Assembly: GCA_030059675.1 (NCBI GenBank)
Contig: JANVYQ010000002.1
Location: 1-64,000, forward strand
Direction: 5' to 3'
Length of the DNA stretch: 64,000 nt
Source of the DNA: Candidatus Pelearchaeum maunauluense
GTDB lineage: Archaea; Thermoproteota; Nitrososphaeria_A; Caldarchaeales; Caldarchaeaceae
A program made the position numbers and the translations under genes. The notes beneath the pieces are model-generated. The model had not been told where the DNA came from, ran no database searches, and was given only the letters and a program-made list of their open reading frames with translations. Below, piece after piece: positions 48,742 to 58,986 of the stretch (the stretch's first letter is position 1; each line of letters begins with the position of its first letter).

Positions 48742-50004
48742 TCACGCTAAACGGCTTAACCCAAGCCTCCCCCGCGATGACTCCCATATACGGAGGAGCT
48801 CGTTAGCCTTTGCTATTCGTTCCCCGCCCATTATGCCTGCCTTAATAAGGTTAGCGCCGAGGCCTACCGCTATATGGGCTAGAACGCCGTCGCAGGCCTC
48901 GCCCGACCTGTGTGAGACAATCTTGGCTATGCCGTATCTGGCAGCCTCCCGCACCGCGTCCATCGTCGCCGTGAGTGTACCAACCTGGTTTGGCTTAATA
49001 ATCATGGCGTTAACCGCGCTGGCCTTCCCAGCCTCCCTAACAAGCTCCGCCCTAGTTACGAGTAGGTCGTCTCCGCAGATTAGCGTCGTCTCGCCATAGC
49101 TCTTGCGCAGCTCCGCGAAGCCCTGAATATCATCCTCTTGGAGAGGGTCTTCAACATATCGCAATCCATACTCATCTATGAGCTTCCCCACATACTCTAT
49201 CTGGCCGCGCCTATCTAGGGTTTTGCCGCTGCGCTTGTGGTTGTATTGTTTTGCGGACTCGCTGTATAGGGATGACGCGGCCATGTCTATCCCCATTCTG
49301 AGCTGGACGGCCAGCTCGTCAGACACGTTCTCCACGGTCTCTTTCACTGCTGCCAAGGCTTCCTCATTAGTCATGTTGGGCGAATACGCCCCCTCGTCGC
49401 CGCGTCCCTTCGTGAACCCCGGCACGCGCTTTGTGAGCAGGGAGCCCAGCGCCTTATGAACCGTTACCACGGCCTTCACAGCCTTTAGAGGCTCGTCAAC
49501 AGATGCGGGGAAAACCAGAATCTCCTGGATGTCTGGAGCTCCCTCGCCAGCATGGCTGCCGCCTCCTAGTACGTTTCCCAGCGGCATGGGTATCTGTGGC
49601 GTTTGACCGCTTAGGGACGCGATATGCTCGTATGGCTGCTTCTCCATCAGCCGCGCGGCGAGAACAGCCGATGCGACTGACGTGGCATAGGCGGCGTTGC
49701 CCCCTATCCTCTCAAAACGCCCCGTCCCATCTATCTCCGTGAGGAGCTCATCAACCCCGCGTTGGTCTGCTGGATCTCGGCCTACCAGACGGCTGCTTAC
49801 AACGCTGTTAAACACGCGCACAGCCTCGGCGGCGTTGTTATTCGGATAATACTCAACCTCACGCTTCCCACGGCTCTTGCCCGCAGGAGCGGCAACCCTA
49901 GCAGCGACTTTCCCAGATTGCAGCTCAACCTCTATAGTAGCGTCTCCCCTGCTGTCAAAGACCAGCCTAGCATGAGCGCTGTCTATCTTGAATGACTCCG
50001 CCAT
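48742..50004 (-). CDS. eno: Enolase
   Basis: DSRG, GDEGA, EDP, GDDL, IKPNQVGT, SHRSGE. Confidence 0.93.
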   Translation of the reverse strand: MAESFKIDSAHARLVFDSRGDATIEVELQSGKVAARVAAPAGKSRGKREVEYYPNNNAAEAVRVFNSVVSSRLVGRDPADQRGVDELLTEIDGTGRFERIGGNAAYATSVASAVLAARLMEKQPYEHIASLSGQTPQIPMPLGNVLGGGSHAGEGAPDIQEILVFPASVDEPLKAVKAVVTVHKALGSLLTKRVPGFTKGRGDEGAYSPNMTNEEALAAVKETVENVSDELAVQLRMGIDMAASSLYSESAKQYNHKRSGKTLDRRGQIEYVGKLIDEYGLRYVEDPLQEDDIQGFAELRKSYGETTLICGDDLLVTRAELVREAGKASAVNAMIIKPNQVGTLTATMDAVREAARYGIAKIVSHRSGEACDGVLAHIAVGLGANLIKAGIMGGERIAKANELLRIWESSRGRLGLSRLA

Positions 50005-50009
50005 AGTTG

Positions 50010-50225
50010 CTAACCCGTCCCATACTGGCTATACCTTGTGTAGAATTCCACTATTTCGTTGAATACATCAACGCCTGAGATGAACATCCTTCTGCAACAG
50101 TAGCGTTTTACCTTAAGCTCGTCCAGCACCTTGCCCGCATTCTCTCCAGCTTCAACCCTAGCCTTATACTCCTCCCACTTATCTGCTATGAGAGCGCCAC
50201 AGCTAAAACATCTAATAGGGAACAT
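50010..50225 (-). CDS. rpoN: RNA polymerase subunit Rpo10 (RpoN)
   Basis: [15 protein letters not shown]. Confidence 0.96.
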   Translation of the reverse strand: MFPIRCFSCGALIADKWEEYKARVEAGENAGKVLDELKVKRYCCRRMFISGVDVFNEIVEFYTRYSQYGTG

Positions 50226-50312
50226 CAATGCTCCATCACACCTGGCCTAGGTTGTTTGGCGTGATTTTTGAGGCTTTCTCCTGGAAAATACATGAAAAGA
50301 GGGAAGTGGGGT

Positions 50313-50714
50313 CTAGCGGTAGCTCTTCTGCTTAAATCGCCTGGCGCTCCTCCTGTTGGGTTTCTTGGGCTCTGTCTGGCGAGGGTCGCCAGCTACCAAT
50401 ACTCGGTCGTATTGTATTATCTCCTGCTTGATTGATTGGCGTAGGCTTGAGAGGGCGCGTGCTATGGCGCTGGCTACCGCCTCGGCCAACGCTACACGGC
50501 CGCCGCCACGAACCTTGACCACAAAGTCATGCGACTTCCAGAAATCTGGAGCGAAGTGTAGGGGCGTTACAATCTTAGCCCGCGTTATCTCGTCGCCAAA
50601 CTGCTCTAGGGGCGTGTTGTTGATTATCACATTCCCCTTACCTGGCCTCACTACTAGCCTAGCCACTGCTGTTTTCCTGCGTCCAGTGAATACTCCCAGA
50701 ACCTTCTGCCTCAC
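50313..50714 (-). CDS. rps9: 30S ribosomal protein uS9
   Basis: GRRKTAVAR, VRGGG, DPRQTEPKK, QKSYR. Confidence 0.96.
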   Translation of the reverse strand: MRQKVLGVFTGRRKTAVARLVVRPGKGNVIINNTPLEQFGDEITRAKIVTPLHFAPDFWKSHDFVVKVRGGGRVALAEAVASAIARALSSLRQSIKQEIIQYDRVLVAGDPRQTEPKKPNRRSARRFKQKSYR

Positions 50715-51190
50715 CCGCGGCCACCTCTAAGCTCTTTTGATACCTCGCCCAGCGTCATGTACCTGATAACCCTCCCAGACCTGCTAATAGGCTTGACGAG
50801 CTTCGCGTCCTCTATCTCCAGGCGGCGCGCCTCTGGTATGTTCTTAGCCCCCCTAAAGACCTTAAGACGCCTAGCAGCCTCACGGCCCTTGGGCTTCTTC
50901 CTCGGTAGCATCCTAAGAATCGCGTAGCGTAAAATTCCCTCTGGGAGAGTTGGATACCAAACCTTGATAACCTTATGCGATGTCAGCTGTCTCCTGGAGC
51001 GGAGGAATAGGAAACGCTCCATTATCGGCTTCTTCTTGCCCGTTATCACGGCCTTCTCGGCGTTTATTATGAATACCCTATGCCCCTGCATGAGCATCTT
51101 CGCCACGTAAGATGCTAGACGACCAACCTTGTAGTTGGTCGCGTCTATCAGATACGTCTCTGGCTTTTGTAGAACCTCCACCTTAGCCAA
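50711..51190 (-). CDS. rpl13: 50S ribosomal protein uL13
   Basis: IDA...GRLASYVAK, NAEKAVITG, MLPRK. Confidence 0.95.
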   Translation of the reverse strand: MAKVEVLQKPETYLIDATNYKVGRLASYVAKMLMQGHRVFIINAEKAVITGKKKPIMERFLFLRSRRQLTSHKVIKVWYPTLPEGILRYAILRMLPRKKPKGREAARRLKVFRGAKNIPEARRLEIEDAKLVKPISRSGRVIRYMTLGEVSKELRGGRG

Positions 51191-51536
51191 TTATCCTCAC
51201 CCCAGAACCGTCTGGGTACTTCTCCAAAAACTCCTCAAGAAGTAGAGCCTGACCACCTGCGCGCTCTATCTTGCTTAAAGCCTGTTTTGAGAAGCTGAAG
51301 GCGCCCACAGTTAGCTGGTGCTTAAGCAAGCCCGAGCCAAGGACCTTCCCAGGGACGAAGACCACCTCACCAGGCTTCGTGCTCCTATCCAGATGGTATA
51401 CGTTAACTTCCCTACGCCTCCTATTACCCTTGGCCAGCTCCTCAAGCACTCTACGCCAAAACCTCCGCCTCCTGGCGTATGGCTCAAGGAGCCGCGCGGC
51501 CCTTGCCCTCCATAAACTAACTTGCTTCCTTGGCAT
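51183..51536 (-). CDS. rpl18e: 50S ribosomal protein eL18
   Basis: VFVPGKVLGSG, FSFSKQA, KIERAGG. Confidence 0.94.
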   Translation of the reverse strand: MPRKQVSLWRARAARLLEPYARRRRFWRRVLEELAKGNRRRREVNVYHLDRSTKPGEVVFVPGKVLGSGLLKHQLTVGAFSFSKQALSKIERAGGQALLLEEFLEKYPDGSGVRIIG

Positions 51537-52173
51537 CTGCAAACAGCACCTCGCACTCTGAAATCATATCATCAACCTTACGCCTCAATATATTGACAGC
51601 TTCCTTCAGCATTCTCTTGGCTGGGAGGAAGCCGAAGGACTCTATGTAGAGGAGGTTCTTCCCATCCTCCTCATATAGCGTAGCTATGCCGGCCTGCCAC
51701 TTGGTATGCTTCTTACCCTGCCCCAGCCTTACGTAGAGCTCCAGCTCAATCCTCTGGCCAGGTGCAAGCATGGTTATTGGTATATTGCCGCTCACGGGCT
51801 TCACGGTGGTCTCTGGGTTCTCAGGCGTCATGTCGCGCGAATAAACAGTTATCGGCGCGTCTCCAGCCTCGGCTCTTAGGACGTATCTCACGACACACTT
51901 CTCACAGCCCAGCTTACTCTGGCAGCTACAGTGCTCAGGGAGATTATAGTTATCCATGTCGGAGACGAATGGTATGAGTGAGATTCTATGCGCTAGGATT
52001 TCGTTGGGCATCGCTGAGCTGTTCTCAATTATCAAGACCTCCTCAACGGCCATCGTGGGAACTTCGCGCAGTATCATCCTTCTTATGCCGTTGGCTATCG
52101 CTACAGGTACGTCGCGTAGCTCAACCCTAATCCACTCGTCGCCCCCGCTCTCTACGATTACAAGCCTTTCCAA
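51517..52173 (-). CDS. rpoD: RNA polymerase subunit Rpo3 (RpoD), short form
   Basis: ANGIRRMILREVPTMAV, ILAHRISLIP, CSC...GCEKC, KHTKW. Confidence 0.93.
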   Translation of the reverse strand: MERLVIVESGGDEWIRVELRDVPVAIANGIRRMILREVPTMAVEEVLIIENSSAMPNEILAHRISLIPFVSDMDNYNLPEHCSCQSKLGCEKCVVRYVLRAEAGDAPITVYSRDMTPENPETTVKPVSGNIPITMLAPGQRIELELYVRLGQGKKHTKWQAGIATLYEEDGKNLLYIESFGFLPAKRMLKEAVNILRRKVDDMISECEVLFADAKEAS

Positions 52174-52341
52174 TCCCAGCTTCCCCAGCCATCCGTCAAG
52201 CGGCTGAGCCGCACTCCTCGGGGCTGCCTATTTAAGGTATAGCGTCCTCAACGGCCAGCTAAGACTCATTCCCAGGAGATTTTTGGCAGGAGGTCTCCTA
52301 ATGCGTAGTTGCGAAAATTTAATTAGCCGAGGCAGCGTGGG

Positions 52342-52698
52342 ATGGGCATGACCATGTCTAAGGAGATTCAGCTTACAGTCACGGATAGGGCTGTGGAGAA
52401 GATTAGAGAGCTGATTAAGGCTGAGGGGAACGAGAACCTGGCTCTCAGGATTTACATAACTGGCGGCGGGTGCTCAGGCTATCGCTACGGAATGGCGCTG
52501 GATGACAACATATACGAGGACGACATAACGGTAACGAAGGACGGCGTGAAGGTTGTGGTTGACTCATTTAGCGCCACGTTCTTGGATGGCTCAACAATAG
52601 ACTATGTGGAGAATGTTATGGGCTCTGGGTTCGTGATAGACAACCCTAACGTGGCATCCACATGCGGCTGTGGCCATTCGTTCAGCGTGAAGCAGTAG
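52342..52698 (+). CDS. erpA: A-type Fe-S carrier (ErpA/IscA)
   Basis: GGGCSGYRY, NPN...TCGCGHSF. Confidence 0.9.
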   Translation: MGMTMSKEIQLTVTDRAVEKIRELIKAEGNENLALRIYITGGGCSGYRYGMALDDNIYEDDITVTKDGVKVVVDSFSATFLDGSTIDYVENVMGSGFVIDNPNVASTCGCGHSFSVKQ

Positions 52699-52708
52699 GG
52701 AGAGGGAG

Positions 52709-53164
52709 ATGCCGAAGGTCGGTGAGCGCGCACCCAGCTTCAGGCTTCCAGACCAAGACGGGGTTGAGCGCGGCCTAGAGGAGCTACTGGCAGACAAGCG
52801 TTTTCTAGTCCTCTACTTCTACCCGCGCGACAACACTCCAGGATGTACCACCGAGGCTTGCAGTTTTAGAGACGCGCTACCAGACCTCCGCGGAGGTGGG
52901 GTTGAGGTCGTTGGGATTAGCACAGACCCGCCAGAGGCTCATAGGCGTTTCAGGGAGAAGTATGGGCTTACGTTCATCCTTCTCTCAGACGTTGAGGGGC
53001 GGGTTGCGCGTATGTATGGCGCCTTTAGAGAGGAGCGCGGAACATGCGCTAGGAAGACCTACGTGATAGACTCAAGCGGCGTAGTTAGGGCTGTCTTTGA
53101 GAAGGTCAAGCCAGACGACCATGCCCTTGAAGTTTTAGAAACAATAAGGAAGCTCTCATCCTAG
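52709..53164 (+). CDS. bcp: Peroxiredoxin Bcp/PrxQ
   Basis: YFYPRDNTPGCTTEAC. Confidence 0.92.
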   Translation: MPKVGERAPSFRLPDQDGVERGLEELLADKRFLVLYFYPRDNTPGCTTEACSFRDALPDLRGGGVEVVGISTDPPEAHRRFREKYGLTFILLSDVEGRVARMYGAFREERGTCARKTYVIDSSGVVRAVFEKVKPDDHALEVLETIRKLSS

Positions 53165-53806
53165 CCCTGATCTGTTCCTTCTATACCATGCGCAGAACTC
53201 GTTGACTGGGCAGCGGGAGCACTTGGGGCGGGGTCTCCTGCATATCTCCTTCCCGAAGAGGACGAAGAGCGTGTTTATGAGCGGCCTATCCCATAGCGGC
53301 GTAAGCTCCTCTAGGCTCTTCTTCACAGCCTCATAGTCCCCATCCTCAGGGGCTACCCCAAGACGTTTTGCTACAGTCTCGACGTGGGTGTCTACGGCTA
53401 TCTCAGGCTCTCCATAGGCGAATGAGAGGACGATGTCCGCTGTTTTTGGGCCGACACCGGGGAGACGCATGAGCTCTTCGCGCTTCCTGGGAACTTTACC
53501 GCCCAGCTCAAACGCTATTATCTGCGCCACCTTCTTGATTCGCCGTGCTTTCTGCCTGTAGAACCCCACTTCCCTTATCAGCCGTTCAATAGACCTAACA
53601 TCAGCCCGCGCCAGCTCCTCTGGTGTTTTATATTGTTTGAAGAGCTTGGAGAACGCTGCGTCGGTCTTCTCATCCCGCGTCCTGTGCGAGAGTATAGTCC
53701 CGATGAGTGTTGCGAAGGGGTCTGAGGGCTGTATATGGAGCGGCTTCGTGAGCTTGTAGCGCTTCTTGAGACGTGTAAGAACCTCCATGAAGCTCTCGGA
53801 ATCCAT
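53156..53806 (-). CDS. nth: Endonuclease III
   Basis: LPGVGPKTA (HhH), AVDTHV, CRRPRPKCSRCPVNEFC 4Fe-4S motif. Confidence 0.93.
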   Translation of the reverse strand: MDSESFMEVLTRLKKRYKLTKPLHIQPSDPFATLIGTILSHRTRDEKTDAAFSKLFKQYKTPEELARADVRSIERLIREVGFYRQKARRIKKVAQIIAFELGGKVPRKREELMRLPGVGPKTADIVLSFAYGEPEIAVDTHVETVAKRLGVAPEDGDYEAVKKSLEELTPLWDRPLINTLFVLFGKEICRRPRPKCSRCPVNEFCAWYRRNRSGLG

Positions 53807-53891
53807 CACTCGGAATAACGTCGTTTCTACGTGAGCTAAAAAGTTGGATGGACGACAACCTATAATTAAAGCCGCTATAGCTGTTGGATAC

Positions 53892-54134
53892 ATGAATGTG
53901 CGCATCGTTTACTGCGTCCCCTGTGGGCACCTCCCGACGGCTCTGGAGCTTTCGCAGCAGCTCCTCTCAAGGTATGGGCAGAGGCTTAACAAGAAGTTCT
54001 CGGTAACGCTAGACACTTCGGATGGTGGGACGTTTGAGGTGTATATTGACGGTGAGCGTGTCTTCTCCCGCCACGAGGCTAAGCGCTTCCCAACCGCTGA
54101 TGAAATCGCAGCGCGTATTGAGGAGCGCCTCTAG
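53892..54134 (+). CDS. Rdx-family (SelT/SelW/SelH-like) protein, Cys form
   Basis: IVYCVPCG, GGTFEV, FSR, RFP. Confidence 0.85.
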   Translation: MNVRIVYCVPCGHLPTALELSQQLLSRYGQRLNKKFSVTLDTSDGGTFEVYIDGERVFSRHEAKRFPTADEIAARIEERL

Positions 54135-54186
54135 GATATGGCCAAAGGTATATAGCTGGCCAAGCGGCACGTATTACTGAAGGGGG

Positions 54187-54294
54187 TTGGCCGAGGCCAA
54201 GTTAGACGAGTGCCCAAGATGCCACGCCGAGGTGCCGACTGACGCGATACGCTGCCCCAGATGCGGGCTATGCATAGCCTGCTCTAGCCAGTAA
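54187..54294 (+). CDS. 35-aa zinc-ribbon microprotein (not in ORF track)
   Basis: TTG start; MAEAKLDECPRCHAEVPTDAIRCPRCGLCIACSSQ with three CxxC; TATA-like TATATA about 35 nt upstream. Confidence 0.6.
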   Translation: MAEAKLDECPRCHAEVPTDAIRCPRCGLCIACSSQ

Positions 54295-54359
54295 TATCAA
54301 ATATCCACCTCTTCTAGTTAAGGGTATTATTCTCGCCCAGCCTGGGGGGCGGGTAGCTA

Positions 54360-57008
54360 ATGACACAAGTCGCAGCCTACTCTTTCGTTGATAAGCCGTT
54401 TAGCGACGAGGAGAGTCTAGCGGCGCTAGAGAGCTACGTACGCGAGTGGTTTATGAGAACCTTCAAGGAGCTTACGCCACCGCAGCGCTACTCGTTCAAG
54501 CTGATAGCTGACGGTCATAACGTTATAATCACAGCGCCGACTGGAAGTGGGAAAACCCTGGCTGGCTTCATGAGTATATTGAGCAAGCTCTTTAAGATGG
54601 GTGAGCAGCGCCAGCTCACCGAGAGCGTTTATTGCATCTACGTAAGCCCTCTCAAAGCACTGGATAATGATGTAAAGAAGAACTTGATGCAGCCGCTTAT
54701 AGAGATACGCGAGATAGCTGCGGAGATGGGGATAGAGCTGCCTGAGATAAAGATAGCAGTCAGGACGAGTGATGTAGCTGGCTCGGAGAAGCAGCGCCAG
54801 CTAAAGGAGCCACCCCACATCCTGATAACCACGCCAGAGAGTCTAGCAATCCTCCTCAACGCCCCCAAGTTCGCGGAGAAGCTGCGTACTGTGCAGTGGG
54901 TAATCGTTGACGAGATACACGAGCTAGCTGGCAGTAAAAGGGGCGCTCACCTCTCGCTAAGCCTTGAGCGACTGCGGGAAGCAGTAGGAAAGGACTTCAT
55001 ACGCATAGGGCTGGGCGCCACACTACACCCGCTTGAAGAGGCCGCGCGCTTCCTAGTAGGCTACGACGACACAGGAAGACCAAGACCATGCAAGATAGTC
55101 GATGTAACATGGTATAAGCCGCTCCAACTGATGGTAAAAACACCTGTCAAGGATATTGTCCACGCATCGGCGGATGAGATTAACGAAGCCCTCTACAGAC
55201 TCCTGGATAAGCTGATAACAAAACACAGGACGACGCTCATCTTCACCAACACCCGCTCAGGAACTGAGAGGGTCGTCTATAACTTGAAGGAGAGGTGGCC
55301 TGATAAGTATAATGACTCAACGATAGGCGCTCATCATGGCTCGCTCTCGCGCGAGATTAGGCTAGATATTGAGGATAGGCTGAAGCGGGGCGAGCTTAAG
55401 GCTGTTGTCTGCTCCACATCCCTTGAGCTGGGTATTGATGTGGGCTACATAGACCTGGTTGTTCAGGTAGGCTCGCCCAAGAGCATAACTAGGGCTGTTC
55501 AACGCATAGGGAGAAGCGGCCACCGCTTCGGCGACACCGCACGCGGCGTGATAATAGCGATGGATAGAGACGACATAGTAGAGTGCGCAGTCATGCTAAA
55601 ATGCGCACTAGAGAGGAGGCTGGACGAGATAAAAATACCAACAAACTGCCTAGATGTCCTGGCACAACATATAGTCGGCATGGCGCTCACACGCAAATGG
55701 AGCGTTGACGAAGCGTTCAGGCTGGTACGCCGCTCATACAACTACCGCTACCTAGACAAAGAAACCTTCATCAGCCTCCTCAAATACCTAGCAGGACATT
55801 ATGCCGAGCTTGAGGATAGAAGCGTCTATGGAAAGATATGGTTTGACGAGAAAAACATGATGTTCGGTAAACGAGGAAAATACACCAGAATAATATACTA
55901 CCTAAACATAGGGACAATCCCCGACGAGGTTAAGGTTGATGTCTATCTCCTGCCAGATAAGCGCTACATAGGCTCCATAGAGGAAGAATTCTTAGAGCGT
56001 CTAAGGCCTGGAGACATCTTCGTCCTAGGCGGCAGGATGTATAGGTTCAGATATGCACGGAGCATGAGCTGCTATGTTGAGAAGCCACCCAAGGATAGCC
56101 TCCCGACAATACCCGCGTGGTTCTCCGAGCTACTCCCACTAAGCTTCGAGCTGGCGCTGGAGATACAGGACTTTAGGGAGGAGTTCAAAGCGACGCTACA
56201 GGCTGGGAAGACGAAGAAGGAGATAGTGGCGTGGCTTCTCAGAAGATTCCCAATAGAGAGACACACAGCCGAGGCAATATACAACTATTACAGGGAGCAC
56301 TACAGATACACGGGTGGCAAGCTACCTGGACGCGATGAGATTCTAATAGAGACTACCTCAGACCTTCAGGAAAGGCGTTTCATAGTCTTCCACGCCCTCT
56401 ATGGGCGGAGAGTTAACGACGCCCTCTCTCGCGCGGCAGCCATACTCACGTCAGACCAGATAGGCAGGAACGTGGGGGTTATAGTAAGCGATAACGGCTT
56501 TGCCCTACACATACCGCAGGACGCTAGGGTTGACGTGGAGAGACTCCTTAGAGAACTAGCTTCATGCGACTTGGAAGAGCTGCTTAAGCGAAACATACGG
56601 AGAACGGAGATGATGAAGAGAAGATTTAGACACTGTGCAGCGCGTAGCTTCCTCATACTCCGAAACTACAAAGGATACAAGATAAGCGTAAGCAAGCAGC
56701 AGACAAACGCCCAGACCTTGCTCAATGTATGCGAAGAGGTCAATCCGAACTTTCCCGTTATTGTGGAAACCTATCGCGAGATACTGCGGGACGTGATGGA
56801 CTTGGAGAGGGCGAAGCTTGTCCAGGAATGGCTCAGGACAGGCAGGGTGAAGAGCATGCTAATCAAGACCGAGGTCCCCACACCCTTAGCGCATAACCTT
56901 ATAGTCCTGGGAGACGCCGACATAGTGTTGATGGAGGATCGTAAGAAGAGGCTCCTCCAGCTGCATGAGGCTGTGATGAGGAAGATTAGGCTTGCGGCAC
57001 GCTCTTAA
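54360..57008 (+). CDS. lhr: Lhr-family SF2 helicase
   Basis: APTGSGKT, YVSPLKAL, TTPESL, DEIH, HHGSLS, SLELGID, QRIGRSGH, GTIPD. Confidence 0.93.
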   Translation: MTQVAAYSFVDKPFSDEESLAALESYVREWFMRTFKELTPPQRYSFKLIADGHNVIITAPTGSGKTLAGFMSILSKLFKMGEQRQLTESVYCIYVSPLKALDNDVKKNLMQPLIEIREIAAEMGIELPEIKIAVRTSDVAGSEKQRQLKEPPHILITTPESLAILLNAPKFAEKLRTVQWVIVDEIHELAGSKRGAHLSLSLERLREAVGKDFIRIGLGATLHPLEEAARFLVGYDDTGRPRPCKIVDVTWYKPLQLMVKTPVKDIVHASADEINEALYRLLDKLITKHRTTLIFTNTRSGTERVVYNLKERWPDKYNDSTIGAHHGSLSREIRLDIEDRLKRGELKAVVCSTSLELGIDVGYIDLVVQVGSPKSITRAVQRIGRSGHRFGDTARGVIIAMDRDDIVECAVMLKCALERRLDEIKIPTNCLDVLAQHIVGMALTRKWSVDEAFRLVRRSYNYRYLDKETFISLLKYLAGHYAELEDRSVYGKIWFDEKNMMFGKRGKYTRIIYYLNIGTIPDEVKVDVYLLPDKRYIGSIEEEFLERLRPGDIFVLGGRMYRFRYARSMSCYVEKPPKDSLPTIPAWFSELLPLSFELALEIQDFREEFKATLQAGKTKKEIVAWLLRRFPIERHTAEAIYNYYREHYRYTGGKLPGRDEILIETTSDLQERRFIVFHALYGRRVNDALSRAAAILTSDQIGRNVGVIVSDNGFALHIPQDARVDVERLLRELASCDLEELLKRNIRRTEMMKRRFRHCAARSFLILRNYKGYKISVSKQQTNAQTLLNVCEEVNPNFPVIVETYREILRDVMDLERAKLVQEWLRTGRVKSMLIKTEVPTPLAHNLIVLGDADIVLMEDRKKRLLQLHEAVMRKIRLAARS

Positions 57009-57765
57009 TAGTCTCACGATAATGGGCGTGGTGGAGCTGGTCGCGCCCTATCCAGCGATATACATACCAGAGATAGACACTCTAGCAATATCAGACCTAC
57101 ACCTCGGCTACGAGGGGGTTATGGCCGAGGAGGCTGGGCTAATGATACCGAAGACACAGTTCAAGAAGGAGATGCAGGCTCTCAGGGAGATTGAGAAGCG
57201 CGTCAAGGCAAGGAGGATAGTATTGAACGGCGACATAAAGCATGAGTTCTCCTCAACAAGCTACCACGAGTCAAGGGAGGTGTCGGACATGCTTGAGCAT
57301 CTCCAGCAGGAGTATGAGGAGGTTATAATTGTTAAGGGGAACCATGATAACTTCATAGCAAGAATAACCTCGCGATACAGGGTTAAGCTGGTTGAGGAGT
57401 TTCTTGATGGCAGGTATTATTTTGTTCATGGCCATGAAATACCTGAAGGGTTCGCCTTAAAGGGCGAGGTTGTGGTAATAGGGCATGAGCATCCAGCAAT
57501 AGCGTTATATGATGATGTGGGAGCTAAGGAGAAGATACCCTGCATACTCTATGGGGATATGCTTGACGGTAGGAAGATAATAGTCCTGCCAGCCTTCTCC
57601 ATACTTGCGCAGGGGAGTGAGGTGAATATGATACCCCGCGAGGAGCTTCTCTCACCAATACTCAGACAATACGTGGATGTGGATTCGCTAAACGTGATGA
57701 GCGTAGGCCCAGATGTTGGGTGCATCTCCTTTCCGAAACTCGGCCTGCTACGCGGCGTACACTGA
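56992..57765 (+). CDS. Lhr-associated metallophosphoesterase
   Basis: SDLHLG, NGDIKH, GNHD, HGH, GHEHP, PAF. Confidence 0.88.
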   Translation: MRHALNSLTIMGVVELVAPYPAIYIPEIDTLAISDLHLGYEGVMAEEAGLMIPKTQFKKEMQALREIEKRVKARRIVLNGDIKHEFSSTSYHESREVSDMLEHLQQEYEEVIIVKGNHDNFIARITSRYRVKLVEEFLDGRYYFVHGHEIPEGFALKGEVVVIGHEHPAIALYDDVGAKEKIPCILYGDMLDGRKIIVLPAFSILAQGSEVNMIPREELLSPILRQYVDVDSLNVMSVGPDVGCISFPKLGLLRGVH

Positions 57766-57840
57766 AGAATCTGAATAGTGGAATTCTTCCAATATGCGTT
57801 GTTTAAGCCTTTTTGCAGGCATTCCAACCTTTTATGTGGA

Positions 57841-58149
57841 ATGGAGTCTGAAACAGCCCCCCGATGCCGCGACTGCCACTAATGGCATCCCTACGACCTC
57901 CTGCCCTTCATGGGTGAGTGTTCCAACCCTTCCAGCATACGTTTCAAGAGCGTGGTATTCCAAGACAATATTGCTGGAAACTGCTTCACGGAGAGAAGCC
58001 TAGAATCGCTGGATTTCGTATGGTGCATGACATGCAGGAGAACCATACCACTAAACGAGCTCCCACTACATTCAAGCCATGAACTCTTCGTCGATGCCGC
58101 GCGGCTGCCTGTTGAGGATTTGTACGAGATGACATTTGCAGGCGACTAA
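57841..58149 (+). pseudogene. Cys/His-rich hypothetical protein interrupted by a nonsense codon
   Basis: MESETAPRCRDCH*WHPY...GEC...WCMTCR...H..H, with in-frame TAA at 57880. Confidence 0.6.
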
Positions 58150-58162
58150 GTGGGGGGTGTAT

Positions 58163-58703
58163 ATGTTTGAGCTGGTCTTCTACGGCAGGGGAGGACAGGG
58201 GTTGTTACTGCCTCTAGGCTCTTGGCTGAAGCTGCCCTGATTGAGGGGAAGTATATCCAGGCCTTCCCAGAGTTTGGGCCTGAACGCTCAGGCTCGCCAG
58301 TCAAGTCTTATGTAAGGATATCCGACCCCATGATAGAGACCCATTCGCTCATCTACAGCCCAGATATACTAACCGTGATAGACCGTAGGATAGCTTCCTC
58401 CCCTAATGTATTCTCGCTCTGCAAGGAGGGTGGTCTTGTGGTGCTTAACTCTGTGGAGGTGAGGAGTAAGCCGCGTCATGTTAGGTTGGCTCGTGTTGAT
58501 GCCCGCGGAATAGCGGGCTCGCTGGGAAGTCTTAAGCTGGAGAACACGGCAACCTTGGGAGCCCTGGCAAGAGCTTCTCGTATAGTAGAGTTGGCAGCCT
58601 GGCTAAGGCGTTGGAAAGTAGGTTCGGTGGTGAGGTGCTTGAGAAGAACCTCAAAGCGCTACATGAAGGCTTTAGGGAGGTGATTATGGATGAGCAGAGC
58701 TGA
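58163..58703 (+). pseudogene. porG: 2-oxoacid:ferredoxin oxidoreductase gamma subunit with two frameshifts
   Basis: MFELVFYGRGGQG | VVTASRLLAEA...FGPERSGSPV...IVEL | SLAKALESRFGG...KNLKALHEGF; single-base losses near 58200 and 58595. Confidence 0.85.
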
Positions 58704-58986
58704 ATTAGGTGAAATCCTGCCAGGAGGGGCTATAGCGGAGCCAGGCTCAACCGCCGAGTTCAAGACAGCAGACTGGAGAAGCAGCAAGCCAGTCTTGATG
58801 GATTTGGAGAAATGCACAGGCTGCCCGCTGTGTTGGATATTCTGCCCAGAGCCCGCTATAGTTAGGAGAGCAGATGGGAAGATTGAGTTTGACTACTATC
58901 ACTGTAAGGGCTGCGGCATCTGCGCCGCGGAGTGTCCCCTGAAATTGATTGTTATGGTGGAGGAGGCTGGTGACGGGGATGGCTAA
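58690..58986 (+). CDS. porD: 2-oxoacid:ferredoxin oxidoreductase delta subunit
   Basis: KTADWR, CTGCPLCWIFCP, CKGCGICAAECP. Confidence 0.88.
   Translation: MSRAELGEILPGGAIAEPGSTAEFKTADWRSSKPVLMDLEKCTGCPLCWIFCPEPAIVRRADGKIEFDYYHCKGCGICAAECPLKLIVMVEEAGDGDG

Noticed and set aside
50229-50312. tRNA or C/D-box sRNA between rps9 and rpoN
   Set aside because: No cloverleaf and no paired C (RUGAUGA) and D (CUGA) boxes.
53892-54134. Selenoprotein
   Set aside because: The motif is CVPC with Cys codons and there is no in-frame TGA.
57880-57882. Stop-codon recoding in the Cys-rich ORF
   Set aside because: The codon is TAA, one change from a Tyr codon, and neighbouring genes are also decaying.
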